Below are positions 14,425 to 27,199 of a stretch of 64,000 nt of DNA, one piece after another. Each line of letters opens with the position of its first letter. The first letter of the stretch is position 1. The notes under the pieces are model-generated. The model did no database searches, was not told where the DNA came from, and saw only the letters and a list, made by a program, of their open reading frames with translations. The translations under genes and the position numbers were made by a program. The DNA comes from Octopus sinensis (taxonomy: Eukaryota). Where the stretch lies: NCBI RefSeq assembly GCF_006345805.1, contig NC_043001.1, positions 102,982,001 to 103,046,000 on the forward strand, in the 5' to 3' direction.

Positions 14425-14810
14425 AATATATAAAATTGTTTACTCTTTTACTTGTTTCAGTCATTTGACTGCAGCCATGCTGGAGTACCACCTTTATTCG
14501 AGCAAATCAACCGCAGGACTTATTCTTTGTAAGCCTAGTACTTTTTCTCTCTGCTGAACCACAAGGTTACGGGGACATAAATGCACAAGCATCAGTTGTC
14601 AAGTGATGGTGGTGGGGACAAGCAGACGCACACACACATATATATATATTTATATATACGACAGGCTTCTTTCAGTTTCTGTCTACCAAATCCACTCACA
14701 AGGCTCTAGTAGGCCCGGGCTATAGAAGAAGGCATGTGCCCAAGGTTCCACACAGTGGGACTGAACCCAGAACCATGTGGTTGGTAAGCAAGCTACTTAC
14801 CACACAGCCA
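14425..14810 (-). mobile_element. tRNA-derived SINE family B; other copies at 20158-20555, 21809-21970, 24165-24320, 51573-51930, 59700-59830
   Basis: GGCTGTGTGGTAAG...GGTTCAGTCCCAC head, CCTTGGGCAAG...GGATTTGGTAGACGGAAACTGAAAGAAG core, internal (TA)(TG) tract. Confidence 0.85.
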
Positions 14811-15148
14811 CGTTTGTTTGTCACTAATGCACACAAAAACCAGTAAACCAATCATGTTCAAACTTGGCATAAAAGGTCCTAAGACTTAGATATAGATTGT
14901 CCCCAAATTTGGACCTATATTCTTTTAAGGGACAGGAGATGGTCCTCATTCAATGTAGTTTTGGTTGTTTACCAAAAATAAATGCAAGTCAATGTAGTAT
15001 GTGTGTGTGACATGCTGTTGTTAGCAGGTGTGTTCACCCCTTTCTCTCTTCTTAATTGACTTAATGTGAATGGACAGGAAATACCTTGTACATGGTCAGC
15101 GCCTTAGCTAGAAATGGCAGTGAAATGACATCAGATGTACTCTCTCTC

Positions 15149-15149
15149 C

Positions 15150-15185
<36 letters not shown>

Positions 15186-15248
15186 ATATATACACACACA
15201 CACACACCACACACATATATATATATACACACACACACATATATAGAT

Positions 15249-15285
<37 letters not shown>

Positions 15286-15337
15286 TATACACACACACAC
15301 CACACACATATACACACACACACCATATATACACACA

Positions 15338-15368
<31 letters not shown>

Positions 15369-15379
15369 CACATATATAT

Positions 15380-15410
<31 letters not shown>

Positions 15411-15437
15411 TATATATACACACAGACACACACACAC

Positions 15438-15470
<33 letters not shown>

Positions 15471-15547
15471 TACACACACACACATATATATATACACACA
15501 CACACAACACACACACATATACACACACACACAACACACACACACAC

Positions 15548-15590
<43 letters not shown>

Positions 15591-15639
15591 CACACACACA
15601 CACACATATATATATACACACACACACACATATATACAC

Positions 15640-15692
<53 letters not shown>

Positions 15693-15730
15693 GATATATA
15701 TATATAGGGAGAGAGAGAGAGAGAGAAAAA
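15149..15730. repeat. Compound (TA)n/(CA)n/(GA)n microsatellite
   Basis: Direct inspection; generates the HT/CV/YI ORFs in the track. Confidence 0.97.
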
Positions 15731-16199
15731 AAGAGAGATATTGTTACGAATGAGGAATAATCTGAATATAATTTCAAAAGGTACTACGCAAGATAGAACT
15801 ACTGTCCTCTTGTTCAGCAAGGGAAGATAAATAATAAATTAATAATTCTAATGAAAAATAATTTGTTTTGGTCATGTGACTTAAAGTATGCTGCACGTTT
15901 TTTTTTTTTTGCTTTTTTTTTGTGTGTGGCGGATTATAAATAATAATGAGTGAACACATAGCAGTCAATTGGTGTCAGGCAGTTGATATCAGACAGTTGA
16001 TATGGTAGTCTCAGGACCTTTCATGGCAAGTTTGAACATGATTCGTTAACTGGCTTTTGAGTGCATCAAAATGATATTATTTTCATTTTGTGAAGTTTGG
16101 TAAAGAAGTGTTACATGTGTTATGCCTTGAAGCAAACGTATTTTCATTTTGCGAGGTGAAGTTTTGTACAGGAGAATTTTAAATTTGTAAATAGCGACA

Positions 16200-18230
16200 T
16201 TGGAAACTGCAAGCAAAAAAATGCTACCAAAGAATAGACCTTCATTTGAAAGAAAGTCTCATAAAGCTAGGGCAATGCAGCTAAAGAGGGAGACTGAAAT
16301 GAAGAGCAGCAACATGACAGACTCCAAAAAAAAAAGAACAGTGGAACATAGGCAAAACGGATCAGAAGAACTAAGATCAAAAAGACTTGCTGGTGATAGG
16401 ACAATGAAAGCAACTATTCGTCAAAAGGAATCAGCAGTACAAAACCATCAAGACAGAAAATTGGAATGAAGAAACTGAAGCTCAAACAACTCAAAGGCTA
16501 TGTGAACAGAGAGCAAGAACAGAAGATTTACAATTTAAAAACATTGCAGAGTGGTACTTTTCTGCTTTTGGTTACAACCCACATCAAGACTATGCCTTGA
16601 TGAACAAGATTTGTGGTGCTAAAAAATGGAAAGGTGACTCACCTGGATTGTGCTGTTCAAATGGAAAGATCAAGTTGGAACTATTATCTGAACTACAAGA
16701 ACCTGTGAGGGGACTGTTGGTTCATACAACTACTGAATCAAGACATTTTCTTTGAAATATACATAAGTACAATAATGCATTCCAAATGACATCATTTGGT
16801 GCAACTGTCATCCATGACTTAAGAAGCATCAGATGTGGTGTGCAAGAGAGACGGATGTGCTGGTATGGTCATGTGTTGTGTATGGATAAGGACAGCTGTG
16901 TGAAAAAGTGTCAAACCCTATCAGTAGAGGGAACCTATGGAAGACGTAGACCAAGGAAGACCTGGGATGAGGTGGTGAAGCACAACCTTCGAACGTTGGG
17001 CCTCATTGACGCGATGACAAGTGAGACCTTTGGAGATATGCTGTGCTTGAGAAGACCCAGCAAACCAAGTGAGACCGTAACCATGGCCTATGCCAGTGCA
17101 ACATAACCAACCCATTTAAGAGTACTCTTCAATCATTGGGCAATAAAATGTGCTTGCAAAGACCAGTTGAAATCATTGTTGTGGTCGATGGCACATAAAA
17201 AGCACCATTCGGGCATGGCTGATGCCCATGCCGCCTGACTGGTCCCATGCTGGTGGCATCTAAAAAGCACCATTCATGTATGGTCAATGCCAGTACTGCC
17301 TGGCTGGCCCTCGTGCCGGTGGCATGTAAAAAGCACCCATTACACTCTCGGAGTGGTTGGCATTAAGAAGGGCATCCAGCTATAGAAACTTTGCCAGATC
17401 GGATGGGAGCCTGGTGCAGCCTTCTGGCTTGCCAGCCCTCAGTCAACCCAAGCAGACGTTAAACGATGATGATGATGAAGGTGGTTTTATGCCCACTTTC
17501 AAGTGTACCATAGAATTGGATCACTTCAACCACTTTCAGAGGAACCAAAATATTTACAATTGTATATCATTGGTGATATGAAAACCCAAGCACAGACAAG
17601 ATATGAAAGGAATAAAGAAACAAAGTATGAATTCATATTACAACTACAAGATATGTTACATACAAGAAAAAGCTATATCAGAAGTTTCAAATATGCCCTA
17701 GCAAATACACCTGAAGAACTCAAAGTAGTGATAAATGCTGACAAGAGACCATCAGGAGAGCATTCCTACTGCTATAATACACCTGAATGAAGTTGCTATT
17801 GTAATATCTGAAGAAAAGCATGGTGTGACATAATCCTTCATGGGAGAGAAAATCAATTACAGAGAATAAAGGAAACACATTGCTCTTATGATGCTCTCCA
17901 ATACCCTTTAATTTATGAGAACGGGGAAGATAAATACCATTTTAAAATCCCTCAAAAGGATGAAAATGATAATACCAGAAAGACAGTTTTATGTATAGAT
18001 TTTTACTCCTACCATTTTATGGTTCATCAAGGCAATTTAAACTCACTCCACAAATGTGAAATTTCTTCCATCAATTTGCTATGGACATGTATACAAAAGT
18101 TGAGGTGGAAGGATTAGTATTCATAAGATCCCACCAGAAAGAATTAAGATCTGAGTCATACATTCATTTATGTGATGGCATCAATAACGAAGTTGCTGCT
18201 GAAGACGGGCACACATTTATTTGGTTGTAT
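16200..18230 (+). mobile_element. Decayed Helitron Rep region interrupted by an RTE insertion (16815-17478)
   Basis: KYNNAFQMTSFGA | EGGFMPTFK...YHRIGSL...YLQLY...YDALQYPL...QFAMDMYTKVE...QKELRSESYIHL. Confidence 0.88.
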
Positions 18231-20323
18231 GAAAAATTTTTGAATGAAATCTCATTATCTTCGACCTGGGTAATGCCATGTATTTCTGCTAGTATACATC
18301 ATCATCATCATCATCGTTTAACATCCGCTTTCCATGCTGGCATGGACTGAACGGTTTGACAAATGGCTGTCAAGCCAGAAGGCTGCAACAGGCTCTAATC
18401 TGATCTGGCAAGGGTTTTACAGCTGGATGCCCTTCTTAATGCCAACCACTCCGAAAGTGTGGCAGATGATTTAAGTACCACCAGTACAGGAGCCAATCAG
18501 GCAGTACTGGCATCAACCACACTCAACAAGTCTTTGCAAGCGCAGTTTATTGCCCAATGATTGAAGGGTAGTCTTAAATGGGCTGGTTATACTGCACTGG
18601 CATAATTTCATAGGTTAGACAGTTCAATGGAAAGTGACAAGTGAGGAGATTGCACCAAACCCTGCTGTCTACTTGGACATGGTTTCTGCAGCTGGATGTC
18701 CTTCCCAATGCCAACCACTTTAAAGAGCATACTGGGTCCTTGTTACGTAGCACAATCAACAGTGAGATCACCAAATAACTTGCAAGACAAGAGCCTTCAA
18801 CTGAGTAGGGGAGTAGTATTGAGGGACAGAAAAAAAGAGTCTTGCATTAGAGGGAAATATTGCTGCCTCAGACGTTGAGATAGGGGAGGGTGAGAGAGGA
18901 GAGAGAAGACAGCGAAGATATGAGAGTGAGTGGACTGGGAATTAGAGAGGGTGAATGGGGGAGTTCATGAGATTGCAAAATGTAAAGTGGCAGATGGAGG
19001 AGGGTGTAATGAGTGGGTAAAGGTAGAGGGAGGGAGATGGGAGAATGTCTTTTAGAAGAGATTCAACAGGGGCATATTATGCAGGTAGGTACAAAAGAGA
19101 GTGGGGGAATGCAGTGGGTGGTGGAAAGGGAGTGTTGGGAAGATGAGTTGAGGGGGGGGGGTCTGTTAGGAGGACAGATTTTTGTGCAGGAAGGGAGGAA
19201 GCGGAGCACAGACGTAAAGAACATACCTTTGTGGCCTCAACTTTATTTAGTTAGATGAGTCTTCTCAAGCATAGCAAATCAATAATTTCTCATGAGACAT
19301 TTTGTGCTGTATATTAATGTCCAAGTGTACACAAACATGTTAAACAGATAGCACACAATTATACCTCAATCAAACCTGCTTAGTACACCTCTATACTAGA
19401 AGAGACACTAGCTAGTGTTTCCACCAGTAAATATTAAAGTGGAAAAATCTAATGTAGAAACAAAGAGCACAGTATGTATATTGTATTGTAATCAATATAT
19501 TACTGAATAATAATCACAGAGTAGACAACATAGTCACAGAAATTACCCCAAGGCTTTCATATTCAAAGGACTCTGGTATACACGTTTGTGTGTAACAGAA
19601 TGAAACTTGAAGTAAAAAATTTCTCTGTAATTTTGTTATAGATTATTGTAAAAATGTTCACATACTAAGAAAATATATAAGGATAGACAAAGATTAAAAG
19701 GAATAGTGGCAGTAAACAAAAAAGAGATAGAGAGAGAGAAGGGAGTAGGCCATTAAAAAACACTACCTTGTAGTGTAAGATTTATAAAAACACAATCTCA
19801 TAATGAATATAAATCAACTTTCTAATTGAATTATGTAGTTGAAATCTTCAATGATAAAAGATGTATAAAGCCACAATATGCAAAAAAAAATAAAAATTGG
19901 AATTTTTAAGTACTTTCTAGATAGCATAAATTTTAATAATTGCTTTCATTTAGTAAAAAGTTACATACAGTTACATAAGCAGCTTTTTTCACTATAATGC
20001 ATATAGCTGCCTGCAGGTAACTTTTTTTCTATCTTCTAAAGGTAAATACCCCATCTTTACTGTTTTCACAGCTATACTGTGCTTGAAATTTACTTTTTCA
20101 TCTGTAAAATACCAACATATTCAACACTTTCAAAGTCTGTTTATAAAATGTTCTCATAGGCGCAGGAGTGGCTGTGTGGTAAGTATCTTGCTTACTAACC
20201 ACATGGTTCCCATTGTGTGGCACCTTGGGCAAGTGTCTTCTACTATAGCCTCAGGCCAACCAAAGCCTTGTGATTGGATTTGGTAGATGGAAACTGAAAG
20301 AAGCCCGTCGTATATATATATAT

Positions 20324-20354
<31 letters not shown>

Positions 20355-20639
20355 AATATATATATATATGTATGTGTGTGTGTGTGCATGTATATGTTTG
20401 TGTGTCTATGTCTGTCCCCACAACCTCGCTTGACAACCGATGCTGGTGTCACTTAGTTTAGGCATGATAGAATAAGTACTAGGCTTACAAAGAATAAGTC
20501 CTGGGGTTGATTTGCTTGACTAAAGGCGGTGCTCCAGCATAGCCACAGTCAAATGACTGAGTATCTGCTACAACTGTGATTTTGCTCGGCTTGATGGGTC
20601 TTCTTCTCAAGCATGACAAAATGCCAAAGGTCTTGGTCA

Positions 20640-20870
20640 TTGCCTCTGTGAGGCCCAATACTCGTGAACTCAGCCACTTTGCCTCCACAAAGCTCAACAC
20701 TCGAAAGGAACTCAGCGACTTTGCCTCCGTGAGGCACAATGTTTGAAAGGAACTCAGCCAATTTGCTTCTGTGAAGCACAATGCTCAAAAGGAACTCAGC
20801 CACTTTGCCTCCATGAGGCACAACACTCGAAAGGCACTCAGTCACTTTGCTTCCGTCAGGCCCAACGTTC
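20640..20870 (-). repeat. ~42-bp minisatellite (about 5 units) within an RTE fragment
   Basis: Unit GAAAGGAACTCAGCCACTTTGCCTCCGTGAGGCACAACACTC; 14-aa periodicity in the ORF track. Confidence 0.8.
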
Positions 20871-22749
20871 AAAGGATGTTCTTTACATGCCACCAGCATG
20901 GGTGCACTTGCCTTGACAGGTCCTCTCAAGCACAGCACATCGCCAAAGGTCTCGGTCAGCAGTCATTGCCTCTGTGAGGCTCAAAGTTCGAACATCATGA
21001 GCTACTAATGGCTCAGTGATGAAAACGACACAAACGACATTTTATAACACGTCTGGTACCTTCATGCAATTTTCATGTGTGTGAACATCATCGGCACCAA
21101 GCTAGGACAACTCATGAGACCAAGGTAACCTTTCTATAGCAAAATTAGTGCTGGTTACTTGTTGTTCCTGCCAGTGAGGTCTCATCAGTTTGTCGCATGG
21201 TTAGCCTTTAGGAGTTGCAGATGGTAGTCATTTTCAGTTGAATGAACTGGAGTTAAGTGCCTTAGGACAGAATGCAACACTTAAGTACGGGAATTGGAAC
21301 ACTGACCTTATGATTGTGAGCCCAAATACTAATCATTAACCTATGCACCTTGAAACTTTGGCCGAGTCTAAATAACGGTCAAAAAATAATTGCGTTCACG
21401 CGACATGCAAAAAATAGCTGCAAACTCTCCTTTGAAGTGGGGAATGATTACACACCCTTAAAAAGACAAGCTGGTAGTGGCTGGGATGTCATTGATCCAC
21501 ATATTCGCACAATAGGAGTGAAAACATTTGTTTTTAGGGGAAATAATAAGTTTATCAAGGGGAATAACTTTTGCATATGAAACTTGTATACAATAAGTTA
21601 TTATGGAATGTGTAAAGGGAGAGAACTTTTACTAAGTTATCTCCCTTGTGTGTAAAATATATAAAATTCATTATTATAAAGAATCTTTTTGCTCCAAAAG
21701 AGATTTTAGTCGCTTTCATATTTCAGTTACTTGTTTCAAGAAGATAAATATAATATTTCAGGGAATTATCATTCACCTTATAAATTAGTTATATAAAATA
21801 GATAATCATAGGCGCAGGCGAGGCTGCGTGTTAAGAAGCTTGCTTCCAACCACATGGTTCAGGGTTCAGTCCCCCTGTGCGACACCTTGGGCAAGAGTCT
21901 TCTACTATAGACTCAGACCGACCAAAGCCTTGTGAGTGGATTTAGTAGACGGAAACTGAAAGAAGCCTGTCCGGCAGTAGAAAACCATGTCAAACCAGAC
22001 TTGGGTTTGATGCAGCCTTCCAGTGTGCCAGCCCAGTCAAACCATCCAACCTATGCCAGCATGGACAATGGACGTTAAATGATGATGATGATGATATATG
22101 TATGTGTCTATGTTTGTTCCCCTACCATCACTTGACAACCAATGTTGGTGTGTTTATATCCCTGTAACTTAGCGGTTTAGCAAAAGAGACTGACAGAATA
22201 AGTACCAGGCTTACAAAGAATAAGTCCTGGGAGCGATTTCTTTGACTAATAGGCAGTGCTTCAGCATGACCACAATCAAAATGACTGAAACCGATAAAAG
22301 AATAACAGAATAATATAATATACACTTTGTTCTCCAATATATGGTTTATTTGCTGAAGTTGAAGACCAGTATTCAGCAAAAGCTGTGCCTATAGTATATT
22401 CGCTTCAAATTTTGGCACAAGGCCAGCAGTTTTGGGGGTAGGGTTAAGTTGATTACATCGCCCTGTGTGCTCAACTAGTACTTATTTTATCGACCCTGAA
22501 AGAATGAAAGGCAAAGTCGTCCTCGAGGGAATTTGAACTCAGAACATAAAGACAGAGAAAATGCCGCTAAGCACGTTAACAATTCTGCTAGCTCACCACC
22601 TTAGATATGCCTATAATATATTGTTATATGTGTATCTGCTGGAGCATTTATGAACATTTTCAAATAACACTTCTGTATGAGACTGATAGAAATGTGCAGA
22701 TAAATTGTAATTAAGGATACTTAGTTATCTGTTTTTCATAGATATATAT

Positions 22750-23170
22750 CATCATCATCGTCATTTAACGTCCGTTTTCCATGCTAGCATGGGTTGGACG
22801 GTTCAATCGGGGTCTGGGAAGTCAGGAGGCTGCACCAGGCTCCAGTCTGATCTGGCAGTGTTTCTACAGTGTGATACCCTTCTACAGCGTGATACGCCAA
22901 TCACTCCGTGAGTGTAGTGGGTGCTTTTTACGTGCCACCAGCACAGGTGCCAGGGGAGGCTGGCAACAGCCACGCTCGGTTGATGCTTTTTACGTGCCAC
23001 TGGCACGGAAGCCAGTCAAAGTGGTACTGGCATCGACCACATATGGAAGGTGCTTTTTACATGCCACTGGTACAGGTGCCAGGGGAGGCTGGCAATGGCC
23101 ACAATCGGTTGGTGGTTTCCACGTTCCACCGACACGGAAGCCAGTCTAGGCAGCGCTGGCATCGGCCACA
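22750..23170 (-). mobile_element. RTE 3'UTR copy, head-to-head with the next element
   Basis: (ATC)n tail at ~22750 and family core on the minus strand. Confidence 0.85.
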
Positions 23171-23174
23171 CGAA

Positions 23175-24150
23175 CAGCCATGCTACATGGCAGTGAAACA
23201 TGGGCCGTGACTGCTGAGGATATGCGTAAGCTCGCAAGAAATGAAGCCAGTATGCTCCGATGGATGTGTAATGCCGGTACTCACACTCGGCAGAGTGTAA
23301 GTACCTTGAGAGAAAAGCTGGACCTAAGAAGCATCAGTTGTGGTGTGCAAGAGAGACGTTTGCGCTGGTATGGTCATGTGGCGAGAATGGATGAAGATAG
23401 TTGTGTGAAAAAGTGCCACACCCTAGCGGTTGAGGGAACCTGTGGAAGAGGCAGACCCAGGAAAACCTGGGACGAGGTGGTGAAGCACGACCTTCGAACT
23501 AGAGACCGAGTCCTCTGGAAGTGTGCTGTGCGCGAAAAGACCCGGCAGGACAAGTGAGTCCATAACCCGTGGCCTTCTACATGGGATGGAGCCAGCCTAC
23601 GTATGCATACCTTCCCTTCTTGGGACACAAAACTCTACTTGTGAAGACCTGTTGAGGCAAGTGAGGATCAGAATCGAAATCGATCAATGGAAATTGCAGA
23701 TGTGTTACCAGTGCCGGTGGCATGTCGAAACTCTACTTGTGAAGACCCATTGAGGCAAGTGAGGATCAGAATCGAAATCGATCAATGGAAATTGCAGATG
23801 TGTTACCAGTGCCGGTGGCATGTAAGATAACCTTCCGTTTCGCGACCGTTGCCAGCACCGCCCCGTTTCATGTCCGTTGCCAGCCTTGCCTGGCCCTCGT
23901 GCCGGTGGCACATAAAAAGCACAATCCGTTCGTGGCCGTTTGCCAGCTCTGTCTGGCACCTGTGCGGGTGACACGTAAAAAGCACCCACTACACTCTCGG
24001 AGTGGTTGGCGTTAGGAAGGGCATCCAGCCGTAGAAACACTGCCAGATTTGACTGGGCCTGATGAAGCCTTTTGGCTTCACAGACCCCAGTAGAACCGTC
24101 CAACCCATGCTAGCATGGAAAACGGATGCTAAACGATGATGATGATGATG
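23175..24150 (+). mobile_element. 5'-truncated RTE LINE (ORF2 C-terminus + 3'UTR + GAT tail) with an internal 98-bp tandem duplication (23630-23825)
   Basis: MLHGSETW...RRLRWYGHVARM...GRGRPRKTWDEVVK. Confidence 0.92.
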
Positions 24151-24466
24151 ATATATATATATATATGATGGGCTTCTTTTAGCTTCCGTCTACCAAATCC
24201 ACTCACAGGGCTTTGGTTGGCCCGAGGCTGTAGTGGAAAACACTTGCCCAAGGTGCCATGCAGTAGGACTGAACCTGGAACTATGAGGTTGGAAAGCAGG
24301 CTTCTTACCACACAGACACTCATGAATTGTTGTTGCTCACTACACATTAACATTAGTTATCCTAAGATTAATAAACTGAAAGATGTACTTTCAAACCTAA
24401 ACACTCCGAACACACACAACAGATTAGCTACATATTTAATTAAGAATCTTTGTTTTCTCCACTTAC

Positions 24467-24522
24467 CCAAATGCTCCACGGCTTATTGGTTTAATGAATG
24501 AAAAATCTTCAATTTGTGGAAT
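24467..24522 (-). CDS. MASTL: Greatwall/MASTL kinase, second coding exon (start of kinase domain, Gly loop)
   Basis: Acceptor ctattatttcag; IPQIEDFSFIKPISRGAF(G) matches the Greatwall-type 'IEEFSIVKPISRGAFG' motif (MAST family uses KLIS-GA[YF]G); donor GG|GTAAGT. Confidence 0.85.
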
Positions 24523-24582
24523 CTGAAATAATAGAGAAAATTTACAATGGATAAAGAGTACATATTTTTTTATAAGAGTTAA

Positions 24583-24835
24583 TACTGGCAAGATAAAGCT
24601 TTTGTCAATTAATAGTTATAGACAGCCAATCCTTCCATTCATTGCTTTGGACAAAGCTACAGTATTCAACTTCTTCACTGACCAAGGATCTCTCTTGGAA
24701 CAAATATGTTCAGTCCATTACAATGTCAGATGTCAAGAAGGTTTGATCTCACTTTCATGCTCGCAAACTTTTGCTACACCACTACAAGATTATAGTGTTC
24801 TTGAACAAAACATTTCATTCAATTCTGTATCTAAG
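24583..24835 (+). mobile_element. Degraded CR1/L2-like LINE fragment
   Basis: Resembles the post-RT 'LG..FT.DL.W.KY..SI' region; weak. Confidence 0.4.
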
Positions 24836-24840
24836 AGATG

Positions 24841-25270
24841 AGGAATTATGTACATTATTTACATTGTCTACATTTGACGGATATTTGTCCTCATCTTGTT
24901 TATTGTTAACACAATGTTTCAGCTGATATACCTTTCAGCCTTCGTCAGGTGTCTTGAGGAAATTTCGAACCTGGGTTCTCATTCCTAAGGTATTTTTCAA
25001 TGTTGTTATTAATATCATCATTATTGTTATTATTCAGAAATCGAACTCAGAATCTTGGGGTTAGTGGCCTGCGCTCTTAACCACTATGCCATATGCCTGT
25101 GGGTAATTATGGAGTGAATTTTAGGGTTTATAAATCTAATATTCTCCTATCCTTCATATCTGCACTCAGTCTGCTTAGGAGGTTGTTGTGTCCTAGCATA
25201 TGTGCTGTTTCTTTTAGTTTTCCTATTTTCCAGTGGTGTTCTTTGTCTATTATTTTAACTTCATCCCTAT
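24841..25270 (-). mobile_element. Penelope-like element 3' fragment: GIY-YIG C-terminus, tRNA-like segment, hammerhead motif
   Basis: VKIIDKEHHWKIGKLKETAHMLGHNNLLSR (25141-25270); A/B-box-like segment 25035-25097; CTGACGA...GAAA core 24908-24953. Confidence 0.7.
24908..24953 (-). ncRNA. Minimal type-I hammerhead ribozyme-like motif (likely inactivated)
   Basis: GACAC-CTGACGA-AGGCTGA(aaggtata)TCAGCT-GAAA-CATT-GTGTT; stems I and II pair; stem III reads ACAT rather than palindromic ACGT. Confidence 0.55.
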
Positions 25271-25577
25271 GTTGCTCCAGTCTACTCAGCTGTAAACTAA
25301 TAAAACTGGGATGGACCCACCTTCCAATCAGTGGAGATGTTGATCTGTTTGCCTAGCTAAAATGATGCAAAGTGCATTGTGACCAGCAATGTATAACAAC
25401 ATCCAATAGTATGGTAAATCATGTGATCATGTGATACTTTAATCTAAGAAAAAAATTACCTTCTGTTACAACATATAAAATGAACACGTCAGGAAAACAT
25501 TATGATGCATTTAGGATTACTAACCTTAAATTAAGCAAAAATAAAATAAAATCAATAACCAAATAAGTTGAGCATAC

Positions 25578-25679
25578 CTTCTTCACAGAAGTGTCCTTTA
25601 CTTCTTCATCATCACCTTCAAATGCACTGGAATTATCTTTTCCAGTGGAACTATCAGAGCCACTTACACTCTCAGACAT
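25578..25679 (-). CDS. MASTL: Greatwall/MASTL kinase, first coding exon (exon 25578-25685)
   Basis: Acceptor ttttaattgctag; MSESVSGSDSSTGKDNSSAFEGDDEEVKDTSVKK; donor GTATGC; phase 0 joins the kinase exon. Confidence 0.78.
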
Positions 25680-25829
25680 AATTACCTAGCAATTAAAAAA
25701 AAAACACACAGATTATACATATATGTATGAAAGTTTTGTTTTTAGCATTATATTATGTTTTAGCATTATATCATATCATATTATAAAACGCTATAAACAA
25801 AGTAAACAGATGCTAGATGCATTACAAAC

Positions 25830-27070
25830 TCCACACAAAAATGCTTCTATTTTTCATATCCATTAGCATTTCTACTCGGAATTCTCCCTCCACTACACTC
25901 GTTGCCAACCCTCATCTTACTGACAGCATCCCTGTACAGAGCTTGTACAGCTTTTACCAACCACTCATCTATCCCCAGTTTCCACACTGACCATCAGACA
26001 AGGGATCGAGGGACCCTGCCAAAGGCTTTCCCCAAGTACAAAGGTTTATCTTTGGCTAGATATTTCTCCTGCAGTTGCCTTACCAGAAATATAGCATCAG
26101 TGGTGCTTCTGCTGTCACACAACCAAATTGCATCTCACTTAGGTTAACTCTCTCCCTAATTAGTTGGGCTATGACCTTCTCTGTAACTTTCATCCCCTGA
26201 TCCAATAATTTGACACCTCTGTAGTTATTTCTATCACCTTTACCTTTGTCGCACTTGACTATGGTGCTGCTACACCAGTCATTGGGTATGACTTCTTTAT
26301 GAACTACCTGATTTATGATGTGGGTAACAAGACCATAACCCACACTGCCCGATATTTTAAGCATCTCAGTGATGATTCCTGATAGACCAGGTGCTTTCCC
26401 TGTCTTCATATCCTTAATTGCTTTATCTGCCAGGGTACTTTTGATTCAGGTAGCTGGTCCCTCGAGTGGATCAACCTTTGGCAAACTCTCCTCCTCCCAT
26501 TTATTCTCCACATTCAGCAGTCTTTTAAAACGGCATCTCCAAACCTCTTTCTTTGCAGAATCATTAAACACAAGGGCACCATCATCCATGTTGACACATT
26601 TCTCTCATACACTGTCTTGCAATCCGAAATACTTCAGTTCTTTGGTCCTCATGTCACTGAACATTGGCAAACTTCTTTTCTGCTACTCCATTGGCTATAT
26701 ATACCTGTCTCCAAGTTTCTCTTTTGGCTACATGATACATTCTCCTGCTGCTCCTACTCTTCCAGGCATTTCAGGCCTGTTTCTTTGTCCTGTCTACAGT
26801 ATTGTTCCACCACCAGGTTATCCTAGGTCTGGAAGGGGCTTTGCACCAGCCACAGATTTGGTCTGTGGCACTCAGCAAGCTGTCTCGCAGGAATTCCCAG
26901 CTGCATCTATGTCACAGAACTGTAGCTCCTCCTCCCTATCATCAAAATTCTAGGTAAGGACATCCCTAAATCTCTGACCATGGGAAGGGTTCTTAAGCTT
27001 CCAAGTGTTTCCTTTCTAGATCGGTCTGCTTTTTAGCATCTTTCTGTCCTCAAGTCTAAAGTCACTAAAA
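25830..27070 (-). mobile_element. Degraded RTE LINE (EN-RT linker and RT)
   Basis: MKTGKAPGLSGIITEMLK...IPNDWCSSTIV...NYRGVKLL...EMQFG. Confidence 0.88.
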
Positions 27071-27164
27071 ACTAGTCTATGCTTGGGGGGGGGGTGTACA
27101 TTCTTCACCATGGAGGGTCTTTGTGTGTGTGTGTGTATGTGTATTATATATTATATATATATAT

Positions 27165-27198
<34 letters not shown>

Positions 27199-27199
27199 A

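Noticed and set aside
15061-15820. Long ORFs of 190-238 aa (also 32311-32859, 41093-41554, 56707-57209, 61731-61970)
   Set aside because: Translations of dinucleotide, trinucleotide or tetranucleotide microsatellites; no splice or codon support.
19969-20035. Minus-strand exon candidate KIEKKLPAGSYMHYSEKSCLCN, with a faint 'RKK..RQLYA..KK' likeness in another frame
   Set aside because: Wrong phase to follow the RGAFG exon; the kinase-like frame has stops.
25035-25097. tRNA gene calls from A/B-box segments (also SINE heads at 6268, 20158, 33130, 51573)
   Set aside because: No complete cloverleaf or acceptor stem; they are retroelement-embedded tRNA-derived sequences.
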